A DNA stretch of 64,000 nt. Origin: Dicyema japonicum (Eukaryota > Animalia > Dicyemida). A program made the translations under genes and the position numbers. Below, in pieces: positions 52,166 through 63,068 of this stretch. The DNA is taken from NCBI GenBank assembly GCA_011109175.1, contig RDEW01000060.1, positions 155,933 through 219,932 on the forward strand, in the 5' to 3' direction. The notes under the pieces were generated by a model, which saw nothing but the letters and a program-made list of their open reading frames with translations, ran no database searches and was not told the DNA's origin. Numbering within the stretch: the first letter of the stretch is position 1; each line of letters opens with the position of its first letter.

Positions 52166-52244
52166 TTGATGTGAGTTGTTTAAAAAAAGTAAGCACTACC
52201 ACGTTGCCATAAGCACGTAAAATGCCTAGGGTTTCGCTCGTGCA

Positions 52245-52586
52245 TAACACATACTTTATTTAAGTAAAGAACAGCTACTATAACTAATCGTAGAGGGAGA
52301 ACCAAGGAATGTTTTTGCGACCAATGCGATCTCGATGAAGAAAACAATGCGTGTGAACAATGTTCGGGTTCTTATTTTTCGCAACAGAAACAAAGCCTTT
52401 ACATTGCCCAGTCATTGCTGGAGCACCATCAGTGCTGATACCCACACATTTATTCCAATCCAACTTTATATCCTCAAAATATGAATTTATAAGATTGGAA
52501 ATGTCAAATCCCCTTGAAAATTTATTCTTTTGAAAAAAAGAATAATTTTTTTGGAACTTCGCGGAACCCAGGTGGGAACCTCTGTT
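52245..52586 (-). mobile_element. Non-autonomous hAT (Buster-like) fragment
   Basis: TIR-like CAGAGGTTCCCACCTGGGTTCCGCG; peptide DWNKCVG.STDGAPAMTG...KNPNIVHTHCFLHR (hAT DGA and CxxH motifs). Confidence 0.8.
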
Positions 52587-52759
52587 TTAGAGTCTCACCT
52601 GAAACTATAGCAGAAAGATAAAACTAGCTTAATTAATAAATGTGACCGGTTGAATACGAGCCCAGGTTGAATACGAGCCGTTGAAAACGTTATAAAGCCG
52701 TTAGAAATCAATAATTTTTAATGAAAAATAAATCCTCACCTGGGATGACCTAGTGACTG

Positions 52760-53040
52760 TACATTCGTTGAAATATGACAGATCTTTGTATATAAGTGAA
52801 AGAACGTATGCGTATGTTCAATCGCTGGTAATCAAGAAGACTTTGGAGAGTATGATTGTATCATGTAGGCACCAAGTCGACGTTTCGCGGCGTTTTGATA
52901 AACTTAATGAAGGAATAAAGGATTTTTACTCTCCGTCTGATTATGAAGTAATTCAAGAGAAGAGTGTGAGCGAAGTGATGTCAAGATATATTGAGGAAAA
53001 GGAAAATGACCGACAATTGGGTTTACTCCCATAGTTACTC
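52760..53040 (+). mobile_element. Extreme 3' fragment of an RLE-type element (mirrored at about 55510-55790)
   Basis: YAYVQSLVIKKTLESM matches the C-terminus of the two larger RLE copies. Confidence 0.7.
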
Positions 53041-53254
53041 GAAAAAGGAAACGAATTGGATAGAGAACATCTTAATTAGAATTAACCTATTAATTATTTT
53101 TAGTGTAAAAAAAATTAAAATTATAAAACGTATAAAATTATTATTATATATGATTTATGGATGATTTTAATTATATTGAAAATTAAATTAAAAATCAGTT
53201 AACATCATGAAATAAATAAAATACTTTACGATAAAAATTTATTTTATTGTTAAA

Positions 53255-53511
53255 ATGCCCGGTGGTGTGACGTAAAAATTCATAAAAATAATTTTAGAGA
53301 TACTAATGGAAGTCCAGTGAAGAATCAATCGTTTGAGAGGAGACAAAGTGCAGAGAAAAAGTTCTTCGATTCAGGAGATTACAACATGGCCATGTCTAAG
53401 GTACAACCAGAAATGGACAGGGACTCGTTTTTGAAGAATTCGACTGGATCTCAGCATGCCACCCTTGAAAATATCCCTCACAACTCTTCCTGGAAATCTC
53501 CTTCCAGTTAG
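53255..53511 (+). CDS. ENSA: Endosulfine/ARPP-19 family protein with one 26-nt intron (53272-53297)
   Basis: Spliced frame MPGGVTDTNGSPVKNQSFERRQSAEKKFFDSGDYNMAMSK...; FDSGDY is the endosulfine (Greatwall phospho-site) signature. The intron reads GTAAAA...TAATTTTAG. Confidence 0.88.
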
Positions 53512-54450
53512 AATATTTGAAAGCTTTTATGCTTATTTTGCTTTAATGTGCTTTGCTTAATAAAATTTGTTGTTTACTATTCAACTTATAAAGTTATCTT
53601 AACTTTGTTTTTTCAGTAAACACTATGATTTGGTCTTATAGACGACTATAATGTTGTGTCTTTAATATAAATAATATTCTCTAATAGTGTAACGAACATT
53701 GAGCTTTGATCATTTACTTTTTTGTCTTAAATGCAATAACAGTGCCTTTAATAGACAAATCAGATATTCCTTATAAGATATTAATTGCTATTACAGCTAT
53801 TCATTATAGTAGATTAGAACTGCCAACTCATCCTCCATATCCAACTTATGCCACTTTATAAGGTGGTTAAAATAAAGAAGAACTCTATCTGATACCTTGA
53901 TTCCATGTTTATGTACAACCACTATCGTTTATTCATTAATACTTATAATTCTTGAGGTACTTTGAGACAACTACATCTCAGGTCTTAACCATAGAAGTAA
54001 ATAAGAGTCGTAAATAAGCGAGAGTCCTCCAATAAAAATTCATACTTGTAACATTCAACCCTGTTTTATATAATCCTGTGACGTAATTTCAATGAGGGAT
54101 ATCTCATTTGTAATCCTATTATATACGAATATTTCTATTTTCAATACATTATATGCAATATTGATGTAATGACTGAATGTTCCTTTCTACTTTTTTGATT
54201 TTCTGCATACTCAAACACTCCACAACATTAAGTGAAAAGGTATAACGGGAATTTGTCAAAAATAGCTCAAAATTATGGAGTTTTATAATTTATTGTAAAT
54301 TCATATTTTAGTTAAATCGATTTAAAACGTAAATTTTAAAGTTCAAAAACATAGCTTTGGGGTCAAAGATTATAAGTCGAATACAAAGATAAATTTTATT
54401 ACTTTAGATTATTAAATTAATAACGAGTAAATTAATTAATTAAGCGTATT

Positions 54451-55335
54451 TTAATCCAGATTGTTGGTAATCCCTCTTCTTCTCGTAGAAGAAGAGTGTG
54501 CCATAACCTCCCTGTTACTCCGCATCTCCACATCAGATTCAGTCAAAATATCTCCGTTAGAGTCTAGTGGGCTGTCCCCACGGCATGCCAGTTCCACAAG
54601 TTGGGAGGTATCAGAGGCGTACTCTTCATCGTATACCTTCATCCCATGCTTATGTTCAATGAGCATACTTTCGAGCGTTCTTTTCAGCACAACCGATTGG
54701 ATGTAAGTCCTCGTGGATTCTTCAATAGATAATTTATCCATATGATTCTTAAAGCATCTTGAAACAACTCCATCCCATGTCAAAACCACTGGAATAATCT
54801 TCACTTGGCATTCATAGAGCAGCGATAGTTCATTTGCAGGCAAGTCATATTTGTGAAGTTACTCAACTTCAACTTGCTTTAGTCGGTCTTGTGAGGTAAA
54901 CCCCACTTCAATTAAAGTTACTTCTTTCTTTGTTTTGTCATGCACAAAAATATCAGGTTTATTTTATTGTAATTTTAATTCTGTCAAAATCGACGTGTCA
55001 ACTCTAATTTCGACGTTTTGATTAGTCAATATTGACTGAAGCGAATGTCCTTTCAATTTCCTGCTTTTTTTGATTCCATAAATTCGACAAAGATGAAGAT
55101 GGATGCACTTCAAAACTTCATTATTTCTTCGGAGATAATCACTATTTAGCATTTTTCCACACTGAGTGGCCAAATGATCAACAGTTTTCTTGCTTTTTTT
55201 ACAATGGTTGCATAATGACCCTGTGTGTGCAAAAAACAAATTCCTATTTTGCAAAAGACAGTACAATGCTTTGCTCCGTGGGCCGTTATTTCCTTTGGAT
55301 AACCATTCTGAGGAAGTATATAGGTCGATATTTGT
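54451..55335 (-). mobile_element. Second RLE-type (R4/Dong-like) retrotransposon 3' fragment, with stops
   Basis: CNHCKKSKKTVDHLATQC (CCHC), KPDIFVHDK...LIEVG, YIQSVVLKRTLES. Confidence 0.88.
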
Positions 55336-56833
55336 TTTCATGATGTTAACTGATTTTTAATTTAATTTTCAATATAATTAAAATCATCCATAAATCATAT
55401 ATAATAATATTTTTATACGTTTTATAATTTTAATTTTTTTTACACTAAAAATAATTAATAGGTTAATTCTAATTAAGATGTTCTCTATCCAATTTGTTTC
55501 CTTTTTCGAGTAACTATGGGAGTAAACCCAATTGTCACGGTCATTTTCCTTTTCCTCAATATATCTTGACATCACTTCGCTCACGCTCTTCTCTTGAATT
55601 ACTTCATAATCAGACGGAGTAAATATCCTTTATTCCTTCATTAAGTTTATCAAAACGCCGCGAAACGTCGACTTGGTGCTTACATGATACAATCATACTC
55701 TCCAAAGTCTTCTTGATTACCAGCGATTTAACACACGCATACGTTCTTTCACTTATATACAAAGATCTGGCATACTTCCACGAATGTGAAGTCACTAGGT
55801 CATCCCAGGTGAGGATTTATTTTTCATTAAAAATTATTTATTTCTAACGGCTTTACAACGTTTTCAAAGGCTCGTATTCAACCTGGGCTCGTATTCAACC
55901 GGTCACATTTATTAATTAAGCTAGTTTTATCTTTTGCTATAGTTTAAGGTGAGACTCTAAAACAGAGGTTCCCACCTGGGTTCCGCGAAGTTCCAAAAAA
56001 ATTATTCTTTTTTCAAAAGAATAAATTTTCAAGGGGATTTGACATTTCCAATCTTATAAATTCATATTTTGAGGATATAAAGTTGGATTGGAATAAATGT
56101 GTGGGTATCTGCACTGATGGTGCTCCAGCAATAACTGGGCAATGTAAAGGCTTTGTTTATGTTGCGAAAAATAAGAACCCGAACATTGTTCACACGCATT
56201 GTTTTCTTCATCGAGATCGCAATGGTCGCAAAAACATTCCTTGGTTCTCCCTCTACGATTAGTTATAGTAGCTGTTCTTTGCTTAAATAAAGTATGTGTT
56301 ATGCACGAGCGAAACACTAGGCATTTTACGTGCTTATGGCAACGCGGTAGTGCTTACTTTTCTTAAACAACTCACATCAAATTATTATTAAAAACCAAAA
56401 GTCACCGACAAATTAATTAACTACATAGCCGTCAGGTGATTCCAGCTGCCTCGAGTAGCCATCTCATTCTTGCTATGTTCTTGCTGGGTTCCTACGCATT
56501 TCCAGATTAGGCGAGGGTTTCTAACTTTTTTGGAGGGTAGTAAGGCTCCGGTTTTCCTCACTAATTCCTCAAAGGGTGTAGGGTTTAGAGGTTTCCAAAA
56601 AAACCTTTGCAAAGCCTTAAGGCCATTTTTTAAGAGATTTTGATTTTTTCTATATTCCTGTTTGATAGGTTGGTTCCCCATGCAGCACACCCGTAAGTTA
56701 GAGACGGTTGAATATACTGCACGTAGAGCGAGTCTAAATTTGAGTTGAAACACCCCTTATATTGTCCAAGGAGTGTTTTAACAAAATTTAGCTTTCGTTG
56801 TGCCTAAGAGATGACGTTGTCGATGTGTTTGCT
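55336..56833 (-). repeat. Right arm of inverted repeat IR2 (outer end hidden in the N gap)
   Basis: Reverse complement of 51713-53212; runs into the gap at 56834. Confidence 0.92.
55962..56310 (+). mobile_element. Inverted copy of the hAT Buster-like fragment in the IR2 right arm
   Basis: Begins cagaggttcccacctgggttccgcg and carries the same DGAPA and THCFLHR coding remnants. Confidence 0.8.
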
Positions 56834-57248
56834 NNNNNNNNNNNNNNNNNNNNNNNNNNNNNNNNNNNNNNNNNNNNNNNNNNNNNNNNNNNNNNNNNNN
56901 NNNNNNNNNNNNNNNNNNNNNNNNNNNNNNNNNNNNNNNNNNNNNNNNNNNNNNNNNNNNNNNNNNNNNNNNNNNNNNNNNNNNNNNNNNNNNNNNNNNN
57001 NNNNNNNNNNNNNNNNNNNNNNNNNNNNNNNNNNNNNNNNNNNNNNNNNNNNNNNNNNNNNNNNNNNNNNNNNNNNNNNNNNNNNNNNNNNNNNNNNNNN
57101 NNNNNNNNNNNNNNNNNNNNNNNNNNNNNNNNNNNNNNNNNNNNNNNNNNNNNNNNNNNNNNNNNNNNNNNNNNNNNNNNNNNNNNNNNNNNNNNNNNNN
57201 NNNNNNNNNNNNNNNNNNNNNNNNNNNNNNNNNNNNNNNNNNNNNNNN
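56834..57248. other. Assembly gap (N run)
   Basis: Run of N. Confidence 1.
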
Positions 57249-57454
57249 AATTTCCCAGGCCTTCTTGGCTTCTTGGCTACATTCGAGACAAAATCCAACC
57301 TTAATAGACTATTAAAGGATTCCGCTTCAGAAGAGAGACGGAAAAGTAGGTTCTCCCTCTTTAATTTTCATCACACGTCCTATCGACACGGACATCACTT
57401 CATTCCTTAGAAAATGAGTTTTCATTAGTTACAGTATTTAATTATTATTATTTT

Positions 57455-58300
57455 AAAATTCCAAGACCACCAAGAAAGAAAGAATTAACTTGCTAAATTA
57501 AGTGATCCCAGCCTCCAACATCTCTCGAATTCTCTTCGAATGCTCCGCCAGTGAACCAACAGCGTTTCTGAAATGTCTTTTTTTATTTCTGCAGAGGAAT
57601 TCTACAGGAGTGCACTTTTTTTAATACCGATCTGTATTCCTCCGCATGAACCACCCTCTCTGAATGGGGTTCCTAGCTCAATACACATACATAGGAAGCC
57701 CAGGCCATTTCTCACCGTCGCCTCCTCTGAAAGCAGACTGGGGACGGATCTGGAGTCTGATTGTATATGCCTCATGATCTTCCGTCTGAGAGAGTTCATA
57801 CGCTCCACCCTCGTAGAAGGAATGGCGAATCTCCAGGCAGAACAGAAAAATTCAATCATAGGCTCAATAACTTGGAGATATACTTTGCTGATCCAAGCAG
57901 TAGGAGCAAAGGGGTTTTTCTCTACGATAGCTTTTTGGACGTTCCATTTTCGAAGACCCTTGGTTAACACCTCCTCCGTGTGACTGGCGAACGTCATCAG
58001 TGAGTCAAAAGTTACTCCAAGGATCTACTGGATTCGTGTATAAGTGATGGGAATGTTTCCGAGGAATATCTCAAGTCCACCTTTAAATCTTCTGTCCGTA
58101 GTAAATAGGGTGAACTGAGACTTGGATGCAAACACAGACAGCAAATTCATGGATAGCCAGTCACACACCTGGTTGAGGTGTGATTGAACCACCGCCACAG
58201 TTTACTGAGGTTGAAGATGTTCCCTAGCGAAAGTCTTGCTTTAGAGGCAGAACCCATGTTATTATGGTCTGAGCAAGGGATCTTAATATGGAATCACGTT
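57455..58300 (-). mobile_element. LINE RT 3' region (related family) with stem-loop tail
   Basis: QSHLNQVCDWLSMNLL...KSQFTLFT; VYLQVIEPMIEFFCSAW; ends GWDHLI*. Confidence 0.8.
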
Positions 58301-58339
58301 TTTAAAAAATTTTCATGTTTTCTTATTGTGTGCATGAAT

Positions 58340-58740
58340 TTTATTTATCCAGGATACACCGAGAAAGAAATCAAGAGTTAACAATTAATTAAATGTTTCC
58401 AGTTCCAACAGCCGTAGAAGCAAATATCTAAAACATCACACACAAGTCAACATAGGAAAGAAAACTTCCAGTCCTTGAAGTTGTGGGAACCTTTCAATGA
58501 TTTATCCAATCGAGTTGAGAAAACCAAACAATCTTCTTTTCGTGGGTCAACAAACAGACCTGACTTACTTGGAGACAGAAAGATTCCTTGATCCTGACGC
58601 GTTCCTGCACAACCATCATCCAACCACAGTGATCCAGAGGACGTTGTTAAGGGAGCTGAGGTAGATTCCAGAACTCGTCTTCAGGAAACGAATTTATCTC
58701 CCAGTGGAATGAATAGATGGATCCTTTTGAATACCGAACA
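58340..58740 (-). mobile_element. LINE 3' fragment with stem-loop (58349-58402)
   Basis: ctggaaacat-ttaattaa...ctttctcg-gtgtatcctgg-ataaat. Confidence 0.65.
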
Positions 58741-60182
58741 GAAATTGGGCGTCTCACGAGTAAGGTAGATCAAATGGCACCACCAGATAGAAGGAAGAGA
58801 AATCTTGAATCGATTAGCCATATAACACCACGTGGCCTATGCCTTAGTCTAGCGTCGATGTTGATTAATTGGTTGAATGTTTGGGGGTGATAGCGTAGCT
58901 CTGGTGCATTATGACCTAGCTCTAGTACACTTAATGTCTTCATCTACTCAATGAGACCTTTTGTTCCCTTTCTAGGATTCAAAAAACGTCGGATAGCGAA
59001 CTTTAAAGAAAGCATCAGACCTTTGATATGTTTGTTTTAAGAAAAACTTAATATGTGACTAACGACCTTTATCAATTGACAGCACTAATTTAGTTAAGTT
59101 TATTAACCAAAAAAATATGGAAAAAAACTCTAAGATAAAGTTGGGAGCGAAGATGACCCCCATGCTCTCAATATTTCCACACAAGTCCTTAAAATCTCAC
59201 TGTAGTCTGCGACCATGTTTCTACAAAATGGTAGGCCTATAATAACGCAATGGCTATTCCAGAACATTGTGCTCGTAACATGAGGAATAATTCCCATTGC
59301 GTGCTCAATGTCTGCAGGGCATAGTGGAGATCTTGTCATAACAACTAACTTTGGTTTCTACAAAATAAATATTTTCAGAATCACGGTTCAGTTAATAGCG
59401 GCAATAAAAGTTCAAGCGTGTTAATCATTAAATATCCTAAAAATATCAATAACTGTAAGATCAAATGTTTAAGCAAAATGACTCACGCGTCAATCCTTTG
59501 AAATTAAGATATCAGCAAACTGTAAATTAGTCATCAAATTCTAACATTATTATTAATTGCACTCCTGAGGACATAAAAATATATGAAGACCTCTTCGAAG
59601 TCCGGGAGATCTTCAGTCTTCCGATCGAGTCTGTTAAAACAATCGAGTCTCTTGCGGAATCAGAAAAGGGGGATGGAAAAACACGATGTTCCTTCCACAA
59701 CACTGAGTTCGCTATCATTGGGGGTAAGTCTCAATCCGTGCTCTGTACATACATGCTATAACTAAAACACATTTACTACCTCAAAATAAGACTCGCTGGG
59801 CTTTATTGACCCCAGGCATACAATATTTGGTAAGCCCAGCACAAACAGTGGTGACTAATTAATCCAAGGAAGGAATCCAAGGAAAAATCCACCCTCCAAT
59901 AGTCGATTTTGGCCTAATTGCTATGCAATCAAAATTATATATCTTGACAAGGTTAATTATATTGATTATTAAATTACTTTGTTGATAACACAATTATAAT
60001 TTAAGCATTCCATGAATAAATATGAGTAAATCCATTTTAATCAAGTAAACAGATTTATGAAGAAAAATAGTTTCAGTAAAAATATTTAAAATTAATTTTA
60101 TAATTTTTATTATTTAAATTAGTTTATTTTGGTTAGTCAAACTACATTAAATTCTTAGAATTTCTCATTATTTCTGTTTAAT

Positions 60183-61163
60183 ATGAGTGGAACTTTTAAA
60201 GGTGAGAAACATGATGAAGGCAGGGATGGCGAGGGAGACACTATTCTAAGACTGCCAAATGAGCGACTTAGATACACGAGGGTTAGTCTGTTCGAATTAG
60301 ACAGAAATTTTTTTATTCCTTGTGTCCTCCATCACGTATTCTGGAGATCGAAGAACTCGAACAGAATTCTTCACAACATGAGAAAGAGGGGAATGATAGC
60401 TGGCAGAATGAATTAGGAGAGGACATGGTAATGTGATGTTTTAACTGAAAGATGGTGAAGCGGTTCACTGATTTGTACGTTTCCGCGGTTCCACAAATCA
60501 AGCCAATCTTCATCAACACTAAGTGTGTCGGTTTGTCACATTTCTAATTTTAGCGAGAGAAACAAACAGGGTGGATCCCAGCCACGCAAAACAATTTAAA
60601 ACCACATCTAAGAAGACATACGGGACCTGCAACAGTCCCAATGCTCGTCGTGAGATCGAAGGAAGGCATGGCTTTAAGAAAGAACCTCGTGGTGAGGCTG
60701 AAGGAAGGCATGCCTTTAAGATAGAACCTCGTGGTCAAGCGGAATATCGTGTGAAGACTATTCGGAGTCCGGGAGATCTTCAGTCTTCTCTGAAAGCTCG
60801 TCATTTCCTCCTTCAGCTAACACTTTGTCACGGAATGTGATGACCGTTGAATCGGGAACTTCAATGACGACCACAGAAGATTCACAGAACTTCACAGAAT
60901 TCAATTTTGATTTATCATCAGAAAACGCCACGAATTCCATTGTGGGATCGCCCGAAAATGGAAAGATGGTCAGGAATCAAATCCCAAAGGCCAATGCAGT
61001 AAAATCTCAGTCGGATTCTTCAAAGAAATCTAAGAATGACAATAAAATATGTACGCAACGGGAGAATGGCCCACGTGATGATAAAAATGGCTCTTCTGAT
61101 GAAGAATGTAGATGCTCATTCCTTAAACAGGATATTGTTTGGGGCTCCTCTAGTTGGTACTGA
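60183..61163 (+). pseudogene. Fragmented host-like ORF of unknown family with a 42-bp (14-aa) duplication; paralogous piece near 59580-59640
   Basis: EGRHGFKKEPRGEA/EGRHAFKIEPRGQA; gaagtccgggagatcttcagtcttc-like sequence is shared with 59597-59620. Confidence 0.35.
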
Positions 61164-62170
61164 TTTTATCTATTGCTTTCGAGTAAACTTTTGTTGATTA
61201 TTTTTATCATTTTGAGATTGTCTCGGATTGTTGTGATTTAGATTAATGTTTCCATTTATCGGCACGCATTCAGTTTAATGAGGCATTAATGGTTTCAGTT
61301 CTCATGGTTTTGAGAACACAAGAGAAACCACATTAAGAGCTTAGTAGTAATTACTTACGTAATTTTGAACATAATATATTCCATGTTGAAGGTTCAAATG
61401 AACTATGACCCACGTGGTATTGAGACCACAATAGAAAACATATTGAGAGTTTAGTATGAACTCCTGTAGATTTGGTGTTAAAAATCTAATAGAAATCAGG
61501 ACTGGCGTGATATTAGCCGATTATCGATATGTGTTATTGAATTGATTAAATGAATAACTGAATTCTAATCTTACAATTCTAATCTGACTCGCTTCAAGGA
61601 AATTGATTTGCATTATAATTCCAATAGTTCAGTCAACTAGAAAGTCTTTTTGCTCTTTCAGGCCTCTATTTTTATTCTTGCCGTAAAATCAATCTCTCAA
61701 ATCTGAATGATATTTGACATTTCCTATAGTTCAGCCTCCACTAGATGTCTCAATTGAAAATATTTTTACAAAAGTGAAAGTTCAAATAATTCGACTGACC
61801 ACATTTTAAAGCTAAAAATCACAGTTCTATTATTTAGGGGACATATTTACTATTTTCTAAACATTTGGGGGTGACAATGGTCAATTATTAATTGTCCCGG
61901 TATTTAGAATCAATAATCTCCCACTGTGTGCGAATTACACACTTTAGTTTACTTATATCTTTTTCTTACAATTAATTTATTGACTTTTAAATGGACTATT
62001 GACGAGTTTTGTATTGAATTTTATTCCCGTACTGCCTTTTAATAGCCAATAGAAAGAAATTAGTCGAGTGGTTAATTGGGCGAAAGCTTGCAGTGGTGAT
62101 GTACTTCTATCGTATGAAATATCTACTTCACGGTGGATGAACTTTAAGATAATCTGTCACTATGTTGTGT

Positions 62171-62425
62171 TATCCTATTAAGTCGTGTCCGACCCTTGAA
62201 CAAGTTTCCTCCACTTTCCCCGATCCATCGCAATTTGGAGTAGCCTTGATATAGGCATTCCCGTGACGTCTTCCACCGTGAATAGCCACCGAGTCCTCGG
62301 TCGACCAGGTCTTCTCTTCCCAGTAAAATTTCTCAGCATAATGGTTCTTTCCAGGGAGTCAGAGAGGACAACATGCCCAAAGAACGCCCATCTGTGTTTT
62401 ACGATTTTTCCTTCTAGCGAAATCT
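62171..62425 (-). mobile_element. RTE (BovB-like) LINE 3' end
   Basis: WAFFGHV...LERTIML...GKRRPGRPRTRW peptide; 3' sequence gggtcggacacgacttaa is similar to the RTE-BovB terminus. Confidence 0.75.
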
Positions 62426-63068
62426 GTCACTAGTTGCACATAATATATAAAGAAAGAAATGTGTTAGGTTATCGGATATATGGAATATCTTTGAGAAATA
62501 TCCAGCTGCTTAACTAGCACCATCAATAGCAACTAATTATAATCCCATAACTCCAAAGAAATAATCCATGTTCCTTGACAACACAATACTAAAACCATGA
62601 ATCTTGTATAACCGATATTTTCTAGTTATAGACCACACACGTTATAAGAGATCCAAAGAGAGGTATCAGACGTTCTATAATTGACCGGTCTCACAGATTG
62701 ACCTAATAGCGAAATTCGGCAGTAATCTATTTGACCGCAAATATTTTCCCTGTTTTATTAACCCCCCTAATACAAGTCAACAGCTATTTCGCACGGTCAC
62801 AGAAGCAGAGTCTTTCCAATGTCACAAAAGTCCATCAAGAATCAACCAAAGGTAAAAAACGCCCAATCCTCCAGTAGTGGAAAAATTTCCAGTTGAGAAA
62901 AGAAGAGAAAATGATCCTTTTTTGTGCTACCCTGGCACTGGGAGCTAACTGAGCGGATCTCATGACACCACTTTAGTAGAACGAGGGAAGTGGAGGAACA
63001 TAGGAAACCACTAGCTTTCTTTTTGCTTGTGTGTGTCCCAAAAATTAAAAAGAAACATAAATAAAATA

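Larger units (their letters stand above)
51713..53212 (+). repeat. Left arm of inverted repeat IR2 (LINE 3' end + hAT fragment + RLE retroelement 3' end)
   Basis: Reverse-complement match to 55336-56833. The ORF track shows near-identical peptides at 51793-52125 (+) and 56421-56753 (-). Confidence 0.93.
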
